Shown in pieces: positions 26,377-40,115 of a stretch of 64,000 nt of DNA. Numbering within the stretch: position 1 is the stretch's first letter; every line of letters starts with the position of its first letter. Source of the stretch: the human T2T-CHM13v2.0 reference genome, Homo sapiens; NCBI RefSeq assembly GCF_009914755.1, contig NC_060925.1. One strand, given 5' to 3'. The position numbers and the translations under genes were made by a program. The notes below the pieces were generated by a model that made no database searches, was not told where the DNA came from, and was given only the letters and a program-made list of their open reading frames with translations.

Positions 26377-29300
26377 CCTCAATTTTTTTTAAAGACCCAA
26401 AAACTAGCTGATGTTCAAAAAGGGTTTTAAAAAAACACAGATCTAAGCAATATCTCATACAAAGGAAAATATTTTCCAGGAGCACCAGTGGTTCCTTCTT
26501 GGAGCTTGGGAAAAAAGGTCTTCCAGCCTTCACTCTCTATCTGACAGAAGTCAGAAAGGCCCAAGCAAATGGGCCTAGGAAGGTGAGAAATGTTCAAAAT
26601 ACAAAAGAGTAGAGCCCGGGTCCCCCACCTAGGAGGTTGTGGCCTGGTGGGAAGCTGCATGGAACCTCTATTCCATGCCAGGTGAGCTATAGGAAAGCAG
26701 AGATAGGTCATACAGTCCAGCCAGGTGCCCAGCTGGTTCTGAGGCCCTCTGAAGCAGCCTGTCTGTTGGATTCCGCCACAGAATACAGAACCAGACTTCC
26801 AAAGACTGCCCTGAAGAGCCACCAACATAGGATCCAATTTGTCTTCCTGACAAACCAGGCAGAGACCGGCTGAGTTAGCCCAACTCTGGGCTAAGGTGAA
26901 AGTCTCAGAACATACAGCCCCTCCAGCCAGCAAGGAGGAGGTGATAAGACTCTCATCCATGGTCAAGGGGAGAGCCTCATATCAAATCCAGGGCCAGAAC
27001 CAAGGCAGCAACACTTGCTTCTGGACCAGTTAAGCAGTAAAGAACCACTCAGTTATCAACTCAGGCCAAAGCATGAGGCTCCTACTGCCTTGAACATCTT
27101 GAAGCCTGATCAGTCATTAAGCAAGTACCTTTACCTTTTATCAGGGTTTTCACTGAGCAGAATTTCCATTCCAGGGGTTCCTATAATCACTACAATGATT
27201 TAGACCCTCTGACACCTTCCTAGTGGGTGAAGAAATGAGGTTGCCACTGGGGTTCCACCCTACAGCCTAGAAGTGCCCAGAAAGTAAAATGTCAGAGGCC
27301 CTGTCTGCCACGGAGGGGTTGTGCTTGTTGATCAGACAGCAGAGCTTCTCTCCCAGTCCCCATTGAGGCACAAAGTCCTTCCAGAGCAGAGCAACTATCC
27401 CAAACTCAGGCTCTGAGGGAAGGACATGGGGTGAGACGCCTGTTGACTTGCAGCTCCAGGATCACATGGATAAGTGTGAAGGGAGCCAAGGTTGGGAACC
27501 AGAAGAGATGCTTTGGCTCCACAGAAACCTGCTCCTACCCTCAGGCCTGCAACTAGGAAATGGTTAATCCCCAGCCAAGCCCACCATCAGGAGCCCCTTT
27601 AGTGCCAGTTCTGGGCCCGGGGACATGTGCAGGAGGGGGCTTTCATGTTTGTGAGTAGGCTAGCCCCAGGGGCATCAGGCAGAGGCGGAGCACCCCTAGC
27701 TCCTCCAAGCCCAAGAACTCTCAGCCCAAGGAGCTGTCAGGCTAACGAGGCTACCCCACCACCACTCCATCTGAGCGTGGCAGGCTGCACTGCACGACTG
27801 GCTTCAGGTGGCTCTTCTTTAATTAATGGCATCCCGGGCTCTGCAGGGAGCTTCACCCCACAATGAATGGCCCTCTCTCATTAGAGGCAAGCCTGCCATG
27901 ATGTATTCAGGGTGAGGGCCAGGATTCATTTCCCTGTCTGTGGGTTGGGGATGGGAGGGAGGGGAGGGGCAGCAGGGAGAGATTTATATCGAGTGACTTG
28001 GATTAGCTGCAGCTGAAACATGACCCCATCAACTCACGCTGCCTTCTTGGGGCTAACCCGGTGCACCTCTGCTGACAGAGGGCTCTAGGGAAACTGAAAG
28101 GAGGGCAGAAGGTCTGGTTCCCACTCTCTCTGAGCTCAGACTACAACTCTAAGGCCCAGAATTCCTATACAACCTTCAGAACCTCCTCCCCCTGCCCCCA
28201 CTGTGCACTGGGAGCCTGGGCTGATTCTGAGCCAACCTTACCCATCAAGAGACTTTTTATGGCCAGGAAGCTGACCCACTGCCCTCATGTTCACAGGACT
28301 GAGGCCCTGACTACAGCCTCAGTTGGCTTTTCTGCTTTTGTGGTAAGCAATACCCTCATTCCTTACCTCAGAGAAGGAGGCCATGACATAATTTGCCCCT
28401 GTAACTGCCACCTGGATAGGACCCAAATATGTACTGCCACAGGGCATCTCAGACCTCAGGCCATCCCACACTAGGGAAAAGGCTCCAGGCATCCGTCTGA
28501 CACAAAAACATGCAATCAGCCATTACCTCACTAGGACGATCCACTATGCTGAACCCCACCTCCAGGGTGGGGAGGTTCTGGGCACGCTATTCTACTTCCC
28601 TCCACTACCCTGACCCACCCACTCCAATGGCTGAGGAGGAATTGCGGTCTTCTAGGTAAAAAGAGAAATTGGGGCCTTTGGCTATCCAAGTTTCCGATGT
28701 ACTTCTCACAGACTTGGAAAGGTCACCCTGCACTCTGCTAGCCACATAGGTGGTTGTAGGCCTAGGAGCTAGGTTGATTCAGACTGGTAGCAAACAGCAC
28801 ACAGCCCTACAAATTCCTCATGCAAATATCACTAAATATGACTTTCAACTTCGCTTGTGCTTGGGAGAAAAATACTTCAGAACCTGCCCTCTTTCCATTC
28901 TCAGCCCCCTTAGAATGCCCAATTCACTAAGAGAGCTGGAGGGTGGGCTTTCACCTGTCCCTGTCGGCCAATCAGAAGGCTGCCTGGCAGGCCTGCTGTG
29001 TCCCTAGGAAGGCCAGGCAATGCCTATCATCTGCACACGTTCACTCCATGTCATCCATGCTTCTTCCTGGCCGTTGTGGAGAAGCATTCATATCTCTTTC
29101 CTTCCCTACTCAGAAAGAGATGTAGCTCAGTTCCGCTTTGCTAAGCCCTATTTGGCAATATGTCTAAAAACATGCAAACTTAATTAGTTCAGGAGGGGAG
29201 CCCAAGCACTTGCAATGACAGATAAAAGTAATGGGAAATGAGACAAGTCAGGACTGGCAGGGAGTTCTTACTCAAGCCCCTTCCCCCAGCAGGCTGCTAA

Positions 29301-29714
29301 TCAAAGGTGATGCAGCTCAGTGCTGGTACCAACTGGTACACCTGTGGGCAAGGGGCAACGGTGCGATGCCCCATGTGCTTCCAAACATAAATACAGAATA
29401 GAGGTGTCCAAAGTGAAGTTGGCTGAGGTTTCCTTAAAACAGACCTGAAGATTCATTAACTTGTAACCCGGGAAGGAGGCTCTCAGGCAGCCCCTAATCA
29501 TCCCCACCACATCTCCTGGCCAACTGGGCTCCCATATCAAATGAACTTAACAGTCCACACCTCTACCGATATCAAATGAGGAACCAACAGCCCACGGTGT
29601 CAGAAAACATCCTGAGGCTCTGCCACTCAGTGCAAACAAAGGAGAGGAGAGGGGCATTCCCACCGTGTATCACCAAACCACAGCCCATGAAGGAGGACGG
29701 TCAGACAGGACTGT

Positions 29715-29945
29715 CGTTAAACACATGGTTCTAGAGTCAGAATGCTCAGGTTCAAATCCCTGCCCTGCCACAAACAGGTTATGTGCCCTTGACAAATTAC
29801 TTACCTCTCTAGGCGTCAGTTTCCTCATTTGTTAAAAAAGGATTATAAAATGAACTTATTCCACAGAACTGTGGTAAGGACTAAATGACATCATATGTGT
29901 AAACAGCACAATAGGGCTCCTGGTAAGTAATAAGTGCTCAATAAA
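29715..29945 (+). mobile_element. MIR
   Basis: ctagagtcagaatgctcaggttcaaatccc...ccttgacaaattacttacctctc...cagtttcctcatttg...taagtgctcaataa. Confidence 0.8.
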
Positions 29946-30329
29946 CACTCTCTTTATTCTCTGATGTTCACTTTTCCAGGAGTCCCAACCCTCAGTTCTG
30001 GAGGCACAAATCTCTCAGAGAAAGCATTTCGCACTGCTCCTGGGACCAAGCTCCTCCTCCCTGGCCTAAGCCTGTGGGCTATCTCACCCAGTACTCACCA
30101 TGGAGGGCCCAACACACAGTGGCAGTGAGAAAATCCAGGGCTTCCTGACATTAGCAGCATAGTTCTCTAACTCTTCACATTCAGGCTGGTGTAGCAAGGC
30201 CTGAGAATTCCTCCTCTAGTCTATTTGTCCTGTACACTGGCAATGAATGCTTCCTAAATCTACCTACTAACAGTCCTCTGTTGTTCTTCCTGAGCAGAGA
30301 TTCCACAGGAACACTCCATTACTTAGTTG

Positions 30330-31410
30330 TCACTTATTCAACAGTTATTTATTGAACAACTACTATGTGTCAAGCCTTGTCCTTGTCCTAGGGTTACAAC
30401 AGTGCTCACAATCTAGTGCGAGAGAAAGACAAGTAGAGGCAGTCACAGCACCATTTTATGTATTAATGTGTACATGTGCTCCAGGAAAACAAAGGAAGGC
30501 ACCTAGAGAAAGAAGAGGGATCACTAGGAACTGGCCAGCTCATGCATGTGGCTGGTGGGGAGGGGTGTGGGGGTGCCACAGAGAGTAATGAGAAGTGAGG
30601 CTAAAGATGTAAGCAAGAACCTTGAAAGTCCCAATAAACAGTTTGGACTTTACCCTTGAGGGCAAGGGCAAACCTTGAAAGGTATTAAGCCGAGGGGTGA
30701 CATAATCTGCTGCAATTAGGAGAATGGAATAGGAGCAGCAAAACTGGACTCAAAGAGACTAGTTAGAAGACTTTTGTAGCAATCCAAGAAGAATATGATC
30801 ATCTTGACTAGGGCAGGGCAGTAGGGATGGGAAGAAAGGAATAAATCTGAGAAACCTCTGGGAGGCAGAAGCAACAGGATTTGGCAATTAATTGGTGTGG
30901 ATAGAGAAGGGATAATTTTCAGATTTCCGACAGAACAACTCAGTAGGTGGTGCCAGTCATTATTTGAGGGAATGATGGAGGACAGGGTGTGAGGAGAAAG
31001 ATAAACATCTGAGCTTGAAGGGGCCTATGGACGTCTAGGTGGAGATGTAGAGTAGGTAGCTGGATACGCAGGTGTGGCGTTTAGGTGGCAGATGAGCCCG
31101 ATTTCTTTTCTCCAGTTGGAGAAAAAGATTAGAAGACATCAGCATACAGAGGATAGTTGAAGCTATGGCAAAGACGAGATCACTCTGGTAAGTGTGAATG
31201 TGTAGAATAAACAGAAAAGACAACCAGGATAGAGATCAAAGAAACACCACTATTTAAGAAACACCAACATGAAAACAAGGAAGGAAATAAGTATTAATAT
31301 CTACCCAAGTGACTGAGGAGGAGAAGCCAGAGAAACAGAAAACATAACAAAAGTACAGATAAAGATGATTTCAAGAAGACTGAAGTAGTCAGCTGTTGAG
31401 CAATGCCAAG
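30330..31410 (-). mobile_element. L2 fragment
   Basis: ttattcaacagttatttattgaacaactactatgtgtcaag followed by a purine-rich L2 body. Confidence 0.65.
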
Positions 31411-34400
31411 AGGACTCAGCCCGACCCGCAGCAAGCATGTCACTAGGCCACCCTTCCAGCCATCTTCCACATCCCCACAGGACGGTCACTACCCCACAGT
31501 GCTCGCCCAGGTGCGTGGTTCCATCGTGGCACCTTTCACTCCAGGTAGCAGCAGTCTCTTCAGTGGTCTTGACCGCTTGACAGCAGCCTCGAAGAAACCT
31601 CAGTAGCCCCTGCTGAGTGCATGCTCCCCATCTCCAACAGTGATAGTGTAATCTGGGCAAGTATCTTTCCATCTCCAGACCTCCTAAAACCTGAAGTGAA
31701 CTTCAGGTCCACACCTGCAGAGCACAGCCAGAATGTAGTATGCACACCCCAGCAAGAAGGCAGGGGAAAAAAAGGAAGTCAAATGCCTGCATTTATGTGT
31801 TCAACCTCTCTCCTCCCTCAAGGGGGAGGAAAACTTCCTGCTCCAAAACTGAGGCTGAGCCTAAGTGAGGGTCCTCTCACCAGACTCTGAGCAGGCCCCT
31901 GGCCCCTATTCCACCAGAGAACAGCATCTGATTATCCTACCCTCTCCAAAGGGGCCTCTTCCCAGACTGCACTAAGGGCTAGGGCCTCCCTCAGGTCAGC
32001 TCTTTCCCTCCAGTCTTTCCCTCTTCTCAATCTTCCTTCTTCTCAGACTCACGGCCCACTGGGAAAGCCTCTAGTCTAGGTTCTCAGCCGTGCTGTGCTA
32101 CATGGCTGGTGAACCTGGATCTTCAAGCTACAGGCTAAAATCTAAGTTCCTCAAGTGGGTGCCTGTGCAGGTGTCCCTTCTCAGTCTACACCAGCGCTAA
32201 CCCCACCACCATACCAAAGATGGAGCCCTTTGAAAGTGGCACTTTCTACCTGGGTAAGCAGAGAAACAACACCAAACCCTATGGGAAGCTTCAAGAAACA
32301 CCAAGCAAGGCGAAGAAAAAGTGGGTCAGGTAGGGAAGGCAAGCTGACCAAGAGCCAGACCCACAACAAGTGTTGTTTCTTGAAAAAATTGAGAGGGGAA
32401 ATTAAATCCACATCACTAAATAAAAACTCGCCTTAGCAGGATCTGTGACTACACAACAAAGCCCACGTAAACTTGGAGAATCAACTCATCTGGCTTTGAC
32501 AAAAGATGGACATAAAATGATTTGTCAGGATGGGAGCAGATTTCTTTTCTCCAGTGGGATTTATGCTGCCACTTCAGTTCCCATTTCTCAGTGCCCCACT
32601 TATCAGCCCCTTTCCAACAAAAGTGATGTGAAGCTGCTGAGGGGAGAAGGGGAGGAGGAGGTAAGGACAGCAATGAGAAGGAACCATGGCTTCCGGAAAC
32701 TAGAGCGTGAAATGAAAATGTTTGCTGAATTCCTAAGACTTAGTTAAATCTGAAAATGGATGTCAAAATAAGAAGTAAGCCACAGACTAACAAGTTGTGA
32801 GTGTCAATTTAACACCACCCTTGTCAGGCTCATCTGCAGCCTTTACCGGGCGCATAAAAAGGTGATGGCTCTGACGAGAGCCATCTGACGAGCCTCTGCC
32901 GAGGTTCCAGGAACACCGATTAGCTGTGCGCTGTCACGCAGCACTACTTAGGTTTCCTCTCCGGCTGTTTTTATTTTGTTACACATTTAATTAAGAGCCT
33001 TCCCAGCAGTTATGCAGAGACCTGCTTATAAGAGGCAGCCACAGAGCTCCCTCCCCCAAGCCCTGCCACCTGCTTCCTTTCTGAAAACCCTTTTCTGAAG
33101 CTTCATCAGCCTTCCCAGTCCAAACCCAAACCAGCCCACAAAGTCTGCCCTACCCATCTCTTTTGGAAACTACACGGTCTTAGAATTCAATTCTGTCTAG
33201 CTACACGTCTTTAGCTCTCTGAGCCACAGGGGTTTTTGGTTTGTTTCATCTATAAAAGAAAGACAATACCACCACCCACCAGAGACGGCAGTCAGAAGGT
33301 GTGGATGCGGTAAGGTATGCGCTCATTAAGACTTGGCTTCCTTTCATATATGGTTGGGTTCCACAACTCAATCTCTTTTCTTGATGATATCATTTTTCAG
33401 GAAGAGGCAGGGCAATCTCCTGGGTCACCAACACCTGTCCAGGGCCCACTGTGCTACAGAACAGGTCAGACCAAAAGAAGACAGCACCCTCTGAAATTCC
33501 CTCTCCATCTCATGGGGAGACCAACTCCAAGCTTATAGTCTCCAACCTCATGCACGGGAAAGTTTTCATATACACATATATGTACGCATCGTGCACAGTT
33601 AAAGTAGAAGATTCTGAAATGTGTGTGTTTGGAAGGTGAAGACGCCAAAGAGAGAACAACACTGGATGAAGGGAGTCCTGGTGAGGCTACCTGGAGGAAG
33701 TGGACCTCTGGACTGGGCCAAAGGGCCTTCCTCCTGGGCCATATGAACCCCAGAATTCTGGGTATCAGCCTGAAACTGGCCCCACCTTGAGTAGCTTCTC
33801 TTGGGCTACAGAAATCCACATTAAGTCCCTTCCTCACTTTAAGGACTCAAAGCTGCCCAGGACGCTATTAACAAGAACAAGAGTCTTCTTCCTCTACTCC
33901 TTTTCCATGGACTCCTCCTCTGATTCATATCTGCTTCTAGTCCCAGCCTGTATAATTTCCCTGACAAAGAGATGTCATGTGGGAATATGGAGACCCTCTG
34001 GAGTAAACCAAGAGGGGTGCAGTCAGTTTGTGTACACACCTGATGGGTGTGGGAGATGAGGTCTCTGTGTGCTCATGTGATTTGGGGCCTTTTCTTCCTC
34101 CTGTCTCACCTAGAAAGTTGGGGTCCAATAGCAGGCTTGACACCCACCTGGGTACATAACTTCACCTCAATGCCCAGCATTCAAACGGCTTACAAAGGGC
34201 CTTGGTGAGGAGATGACACCTGATGTGGTAGAAAATGTTACTGCAGAGCTACTACACCACACCCCTCAGCAACATCCCACTTTATGCTCAAAAGTTCAAA
34301 CACACACACACAAACACACACACACAGAGACACACACACGGAATACTTGCTGCTACCTTCAGTCACAATGAACACAGAGGTAATCGATTCTATGACTCCT

Positions 34401-34689
34401 CAGCAAACAGTGCCCCCACCACCTCCATCCCACTTCGGTTCCCTGGGGGCCATCTGAAGCCATGTATCCATGAGGGCAGACAAGATGCACAAGTGTCAAC
34501 CCAGCAAAGGAACCGGTTCTGTCTTCCATAACCGGGACAGGATCAGGAGACAAAGGTAAAAAAGCAGTGGGGACAAAGGAGGAAAGAGGAGGCTGGTGAC
34601 GTGGGCAGCTTCCCGGAGCAGCCCTCTCTCATCCCACCACTGGGCTCCCAGTTGGTTCACCAGGGTCTTGCAGGCCAGATAAAGGGGCA

Positions 34690-34870
34690 GCATAGTATAA
34701 TAGTTAAGAGCAAGGACCTGAGTTTGAATCCTGGCTGTGTGTCCTTTGGTAAATTACTTAACCTTTCTGTACCTTTACTCCCTCAGCTATAAAATAGGAA
34801 GAATAATAATGCCTACTTTATATGGTTGACAAATAAGTTACTATATTTAATTACATAGTAAACATGGTAT
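34690..34870 (+). mobile_element. MIR
   Basis: gcatagtataatagttaagagc...gtttgaatcctggc...aaattacttaacctttctgtacc. Confidence 0.7.
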
Positions 34871-35202
34871 TTGGCTTAAAATTTTTTTTTCCAAGACACT
34901 CTTTTAACTCCTCCCTTCCAGGGCAATAACACACAGCCCCAGCAATCGGAAGGGCTGTCATGAGCAGTGAGACCTGGCAAAGGCAGGAAGGCCCCAACCA
35001 TCCAGGCAGGCCCTTGACTTGCCCACACCCTGCTCCAGAGAGGCAGAAGGCAGGGCTCCCAACCGTCTTCTATCCCTGATAGCCTCAAAGACCTGAAGAA
35101 TCCCTGATCCAGCTGCCTTGTAGACATTTAAGCCTCCAAAAGGCCAGACCTGGTCCCACAGATTCCAAGCCCTGCCAGCAAAGCAGCCCTTCTCATACTC
35201 AC

Positions 35203-35294
35203 ATGACTTTTAAGTCCCAGTCTCCACAGGTGACAAAAATTGACTTGACGTTTGGATCTAAGAGGCCTTCCTTCGCCATCCATTCATCGACCCT
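35203..35294 (-). CDS. ERI3: ERI3 coding exon (probably exon 6), 92 nt, phase 0/2: RVDEWMAKEGLLDPNVKSIFVTCGDWDLKV(M); contains ExoII GDWD
   Basis: Acceptor ttcttgtgtacttttcag|AGG and donor AT|gtgagt. Absent from the ORF track; translated by hand. Confidence 0.97.
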
Positions 35295-36104
35295 CTGAAA
35301 AGTACACAAGAACAAATGAGATTTTCCTTTTTTTTCCCTGAGCCTGTGAAGAGCCACAACAGCAAAACACAGATAAGCTGCTTGTAATCAGAACAGGAGA
35401 AAATTGTAATCTTATCCAGCCATGGCTCCACTGTGGGCTCTCAGGCTTGGCTCAGAACCACGGAGGCATTTGGAAGACAAACCCTTAGGAAGATCCTGCA
35501 GCCCGAATGTGTAGCCGGAGGGAGCCCCTACACTCGCCTATTGCCTGGCAGCCTGCTCCAGATCCCAGCAAATCAGTTCAAATACCTTGCTCTGACTTGG
35601 CTGTTCCTCTCATTGGTCCCCTGGCCCAGCAGACAGGCTGTTGTCCTGGGGCATCAGAACAGGGTAGTAGGAGGCCCCAAACAGGAGCTCCAACCCACAG
35701 CTTCACTCATTCATTTATTTGTTTTACTCTTCTACCAAATGTTTATTAACCAAACTTACAAATTTGGTTATTCACCAAATGAAGGTGACAAACATTTTCA
35801 CCTTAAGAGGCCCCTTTACTGGACTGGAGCCCCATCCTGACACCTGGAACAGTGCTGCCTGCTCCAGTTGCTAAAAGTTCAAAACTGGCCCCCAATTTCG
35901 TATTTCTCCTGTTCATGGTTGAGGATTCAAATTCAGCAGAATATTTTGAAGGCTGAGCTCAATTGCTACAAAGGGAGAAAAACTGCTCCTAAACACTCTA
36001 AATCTTTCTTTCCCTTCATCCCTTTGATCAGTTTATTTGTGTTCACACTGGAAATTCAAATACTAAAATCAGTATACAACAAGAGAAATATCATAAACAA
36101 TTCA

Positions 36105-36755
<651 letters not shown>

Positions 36756-36784
36756 ACGAGATTATTTTTTAAGGCTATCTCACA

Positions 36785-37500
36785 TAGTCATTAAAAATGC
36801 AGGATTGGAAGTCAGACACATCTGGATTCCAACCCTCCAACCCTTGGCTATTCCATATCCTGGCTGTGTCACTGATGGGGAGTCATTTAAAAGTCATGTA
36901 ACCTCTCTGAACCTCAGTTTCCTTCATCTATAAAACCTTACACAGAGTTGTTCTGAGAATTAAATGTGATAATGTTTTAAGTACCTACCACAAAACAGGT
37001 AATAGGCTGAGAAGGGGAGAAAGGCAGATCATCATAATACAATAGATCCAGCACTGGAGACGTGACCACAGTGCTACAGGACCAAGAAGAGGAAGTGGCT
37101 AGCCCTACCTTTCACAGGGAAAGGAGTCAGAAAAGGCTTCACAAAGAAGATAATTGAACTAGGAGCCTGACATGGTGGAACATAGTAGAGGATACTACAG
37201 GTAGAGGCAAAGGTACATGTGCAATAATTTTGTATTTGAAGCAATTATCTGTTTAATGTCTGCCTTCCCTGCGAATATAAGCACCACGAAGGCAGGAACT
37301 CTGTCTTACTCACTGCCTTAATCTCTCATTCAGCATAGGATCTACTCAAGAGATATTTGCTGACTGACTGAAAACATGAGTAGGTAAAAGTTTAGGATGA
37401 CTGAAGTCCACAGTATATAGAAAGAAAGGACAAAGGCTGGAGGACTAGGTTAGGCCAGACCGTGAACGGCCTCGTGTGCTCAGCAGGAAAGAGACAGCCC
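36785..37500. mobile_element. MIR (about 36785-37000) followed by L2 fragments
   Basis: ggaagtcagacacatctgg...aacctctctgaacctcagtttcc, plus L2-like tctgccttccc...gcaccacgaaggcagg. Confidence 0.6.
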
Positions 37501-37844
37501 ATGGATATCTTTAAGTATCTTAAGTAAGATTACTTCTAGCAGGTATAGGCTGGCTCCCTGGATACCTCTGAGATGCTAGAGGCCTGGCCCATGCTAAAGT
37601 CATCCTTGACTAAGGCCAAGGATCCTACCTAGTTCCGTGGCTATAGCAGCTCTACCAACCAGAATATCAGAGCTGCTCCCCGGTGCCAGACTATGCAGAC
37701 CATGTGGTCTCTAAACCCTCTTTACAGTCTGTACACCAGAAAATCCTCCTCAGCCAAAGAATCTTCCCAAAAGATAAATTCTGGATCTTCCACTGCTAAA
37801 TGGTCTCTCTCCTCTGACCCAACTCCTTGCATGTATGTGCACAT

Positions 37845-37852
37845 CGCGCGCG

Positions 37853-37902
<50 letters not shown>
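37845..37902. repeat. Compound microsatellite (CG)8(CA)21
   Basis: Seen directly. Confidence 0.95.
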
Positions 37903-37907
<5 letters not shown>

Positions 37908-40055
37908 AGGAATCCATGAATCCTTTCCCCAGGGTCACCTAAGAAAAGAGGTAAGGTGAAACTAGGGCTCCCTAAATCAGCATAACCTCCCCCAAGCTCA
38001 CTGTTTTATATCCCCAAGTTAAGTGCCCCACATACTAGAGGGGCTCCCCAGTGCCCCAACTCCTGCACAGTGAAAGAGAGAGCAAGACACAACAGGAGGC
38101 CACACTCAGCAAAACTGGGCCCTTATCACAGGAAGCACTCAACACTCAGTGGGGTCCCTGGAATCTTAGGACCCCGGCCATTCGCTTGCACAGCAGCTAT
38201 TCAGTGAGCACCTTTTACCATGAGTCAGGTAAACATCTAGCTGGCTGCCTGCTAAGGGCCTTGGTTCGGACAAGAAATGAGCTCTTTATCTCCATAACCA
38301 ACTCAGGACTAATGAGATGAAGCAGAGCCCGGTCCGGTCTCCTACCTGCCAGAAACTCTCTATTCAGGCTGATACCAGGAATTTTCCCTCCTTACCCACA
38401 AAGTATACAGAAGTAGCAGAAAGTAGCTTCTTGGGTGAGACCCAGAATTCTTTAAGCACCCTGCTCCAGGGCTGGCCTAGGGTTAACAGGGGGTTGCCTC
38501 CTCAAGACCACATCTCCTCCTCGACTGGGGCCACTGAGAAAAAAAACCCATAACCTCAAGAGTCCTGGTTTGCTGCTGGCCCAGAGCAAGTATCTTCCTC
38601 CAGGATCCCAGCTACAGATGTTCCAGGAAAAAGGTGCCTGTCTTCTGGCATCCCTCAGGAGCCAGGTCCTGGCTGGGGATGGTGGCTGGGACAGAGGAAA
38701 GAATGAGTTCCCTCTGTCTCCTTGAGTCTGGTTTAACAGGGAGCAGTCCATGCTAAGGAGCTCCCTTGGTCATAGGAATGAATCTCTTCAAAAAAAAAAG
38801 ATGGTCAATATGGCTGGGAAGCATCTCAGAGCTCATCTTATCTTCTCCCAATCTACCGCAGGTGCCCAAACTCTGACTCCCAACCAGACTGGTCACAGCC
38901 TAGGTTCCCACACTCCCAGGGACAGGAAATACACTCTGCCACTGAGGTGAGCCTAAACTTGCCTCTCTGACCCTGGCTCCATCCTTGGGGGCCCCACGAA
39001 ATTCAATCTGCATCTCTCTCCTCCATGGGACAGGATCTCTCGGCTAAAAAAAAGGTATCTTGCCCTGCTCCCTGCCACTACGCTACTTCCTCTAGGCTGC
39101 ACACCTCCAGTGCAGATGTGCCCTGCTATTCCTGCAGATACTCTGCTTTCTCCTATGCTTGATAAGGTCTGAGCTTTGGCTTTATTGGTCTTAAAAAATA
39201 AATAAAGCACCTAATGAGATCCACGGGCTTTTTCTCTTCTCCCCTCCCCCTATAGAGAAAGACATGGGAGGGGGACCTTCTCCCCCTGTGAAAACCTCCA
39301 GGCCAGAGGAGGGTGGGAGACAAGCTAAGACCAAGCACTGCCCTTCCTTATTCCCTCGGGCTACAGCGCAAGAAACAGCATCTTAACCTTTTCTAGCTCC
39401 CCGAGGAGAACATCCTAGAAGTGTGGTCTCTGCCAAGGGTTTTCAAGTCTTTAATTTGATTTCCCTCACATAGGCAATTGTTGTAATTATTCTGATTAGG
39501 AATCATTACCCAGTGCAGCCTCTGCACCCGACAGGCACAATGCATCCAGCGGCAAGCTGCAGTGGGGCAGGCGGGCCCAGCCACAGCTCCTGGAGGAGCT
39601 CTCAGCAAACAAAAGCCATCGATGCGGAGTTCTGGGTGAGTTAATGAAGTGCTCACATGCCACAAGAAGCCAACACTAAAGCTAAACAAAAACACCTCCA
39701 GTCCCTGGGGCTAGTCCCACAGTACCAAGCTCAGCTCCCCTACTCCCCAGCCCACCCAGCATAGGCTACCCCAGAGTCAGCCAGCATAGGGCCATAGGCC
39801 AGGAAGGGGTGGGGGCCCCTCTGCCTGACTCCTGGCAGCACTGGGACATCTTGTCAGAAACCCTGACGGGAACAGCTGGAGATGACAGATCAATGGTTCA
39901 ATACTCTCAACAGCATGTCACTGATGTGACAGCAAATGTTATTCTAATCAAGCCATAATCATAGTCAAATTACACGGCTACATTCTCAGGAGGGGAGGGA
40001 GAGAAAGGCAGCAGGAAGGGGTCAGAGGTCAGGAATTAAAGGTCACTCAACCTAC

Positions 40056-40115
40056 CTCCAGCACTTGCTGCAGGCTTGGCTGACCATCCACCATGGCTTG
40101 AATAATCCCGGTGAG
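40056..40115 (-). CDS. ERI3: ERI3 coding exon (probably exon 5), 60 nt, phase 0/0: LTGIIQAMVDGQPSLQQVLE
   Basis: Acceptor tttctctttcctttcag|CTC and donor GAG|gtaggt. Continues the family motif 'LTGI.Q..VD'. Confidence 0.97.

Noticed and set aside
26427-26966. 179-aa minus-strand ORF
   Set aside because: No homology or splice context recognised, and the composition is random-like.
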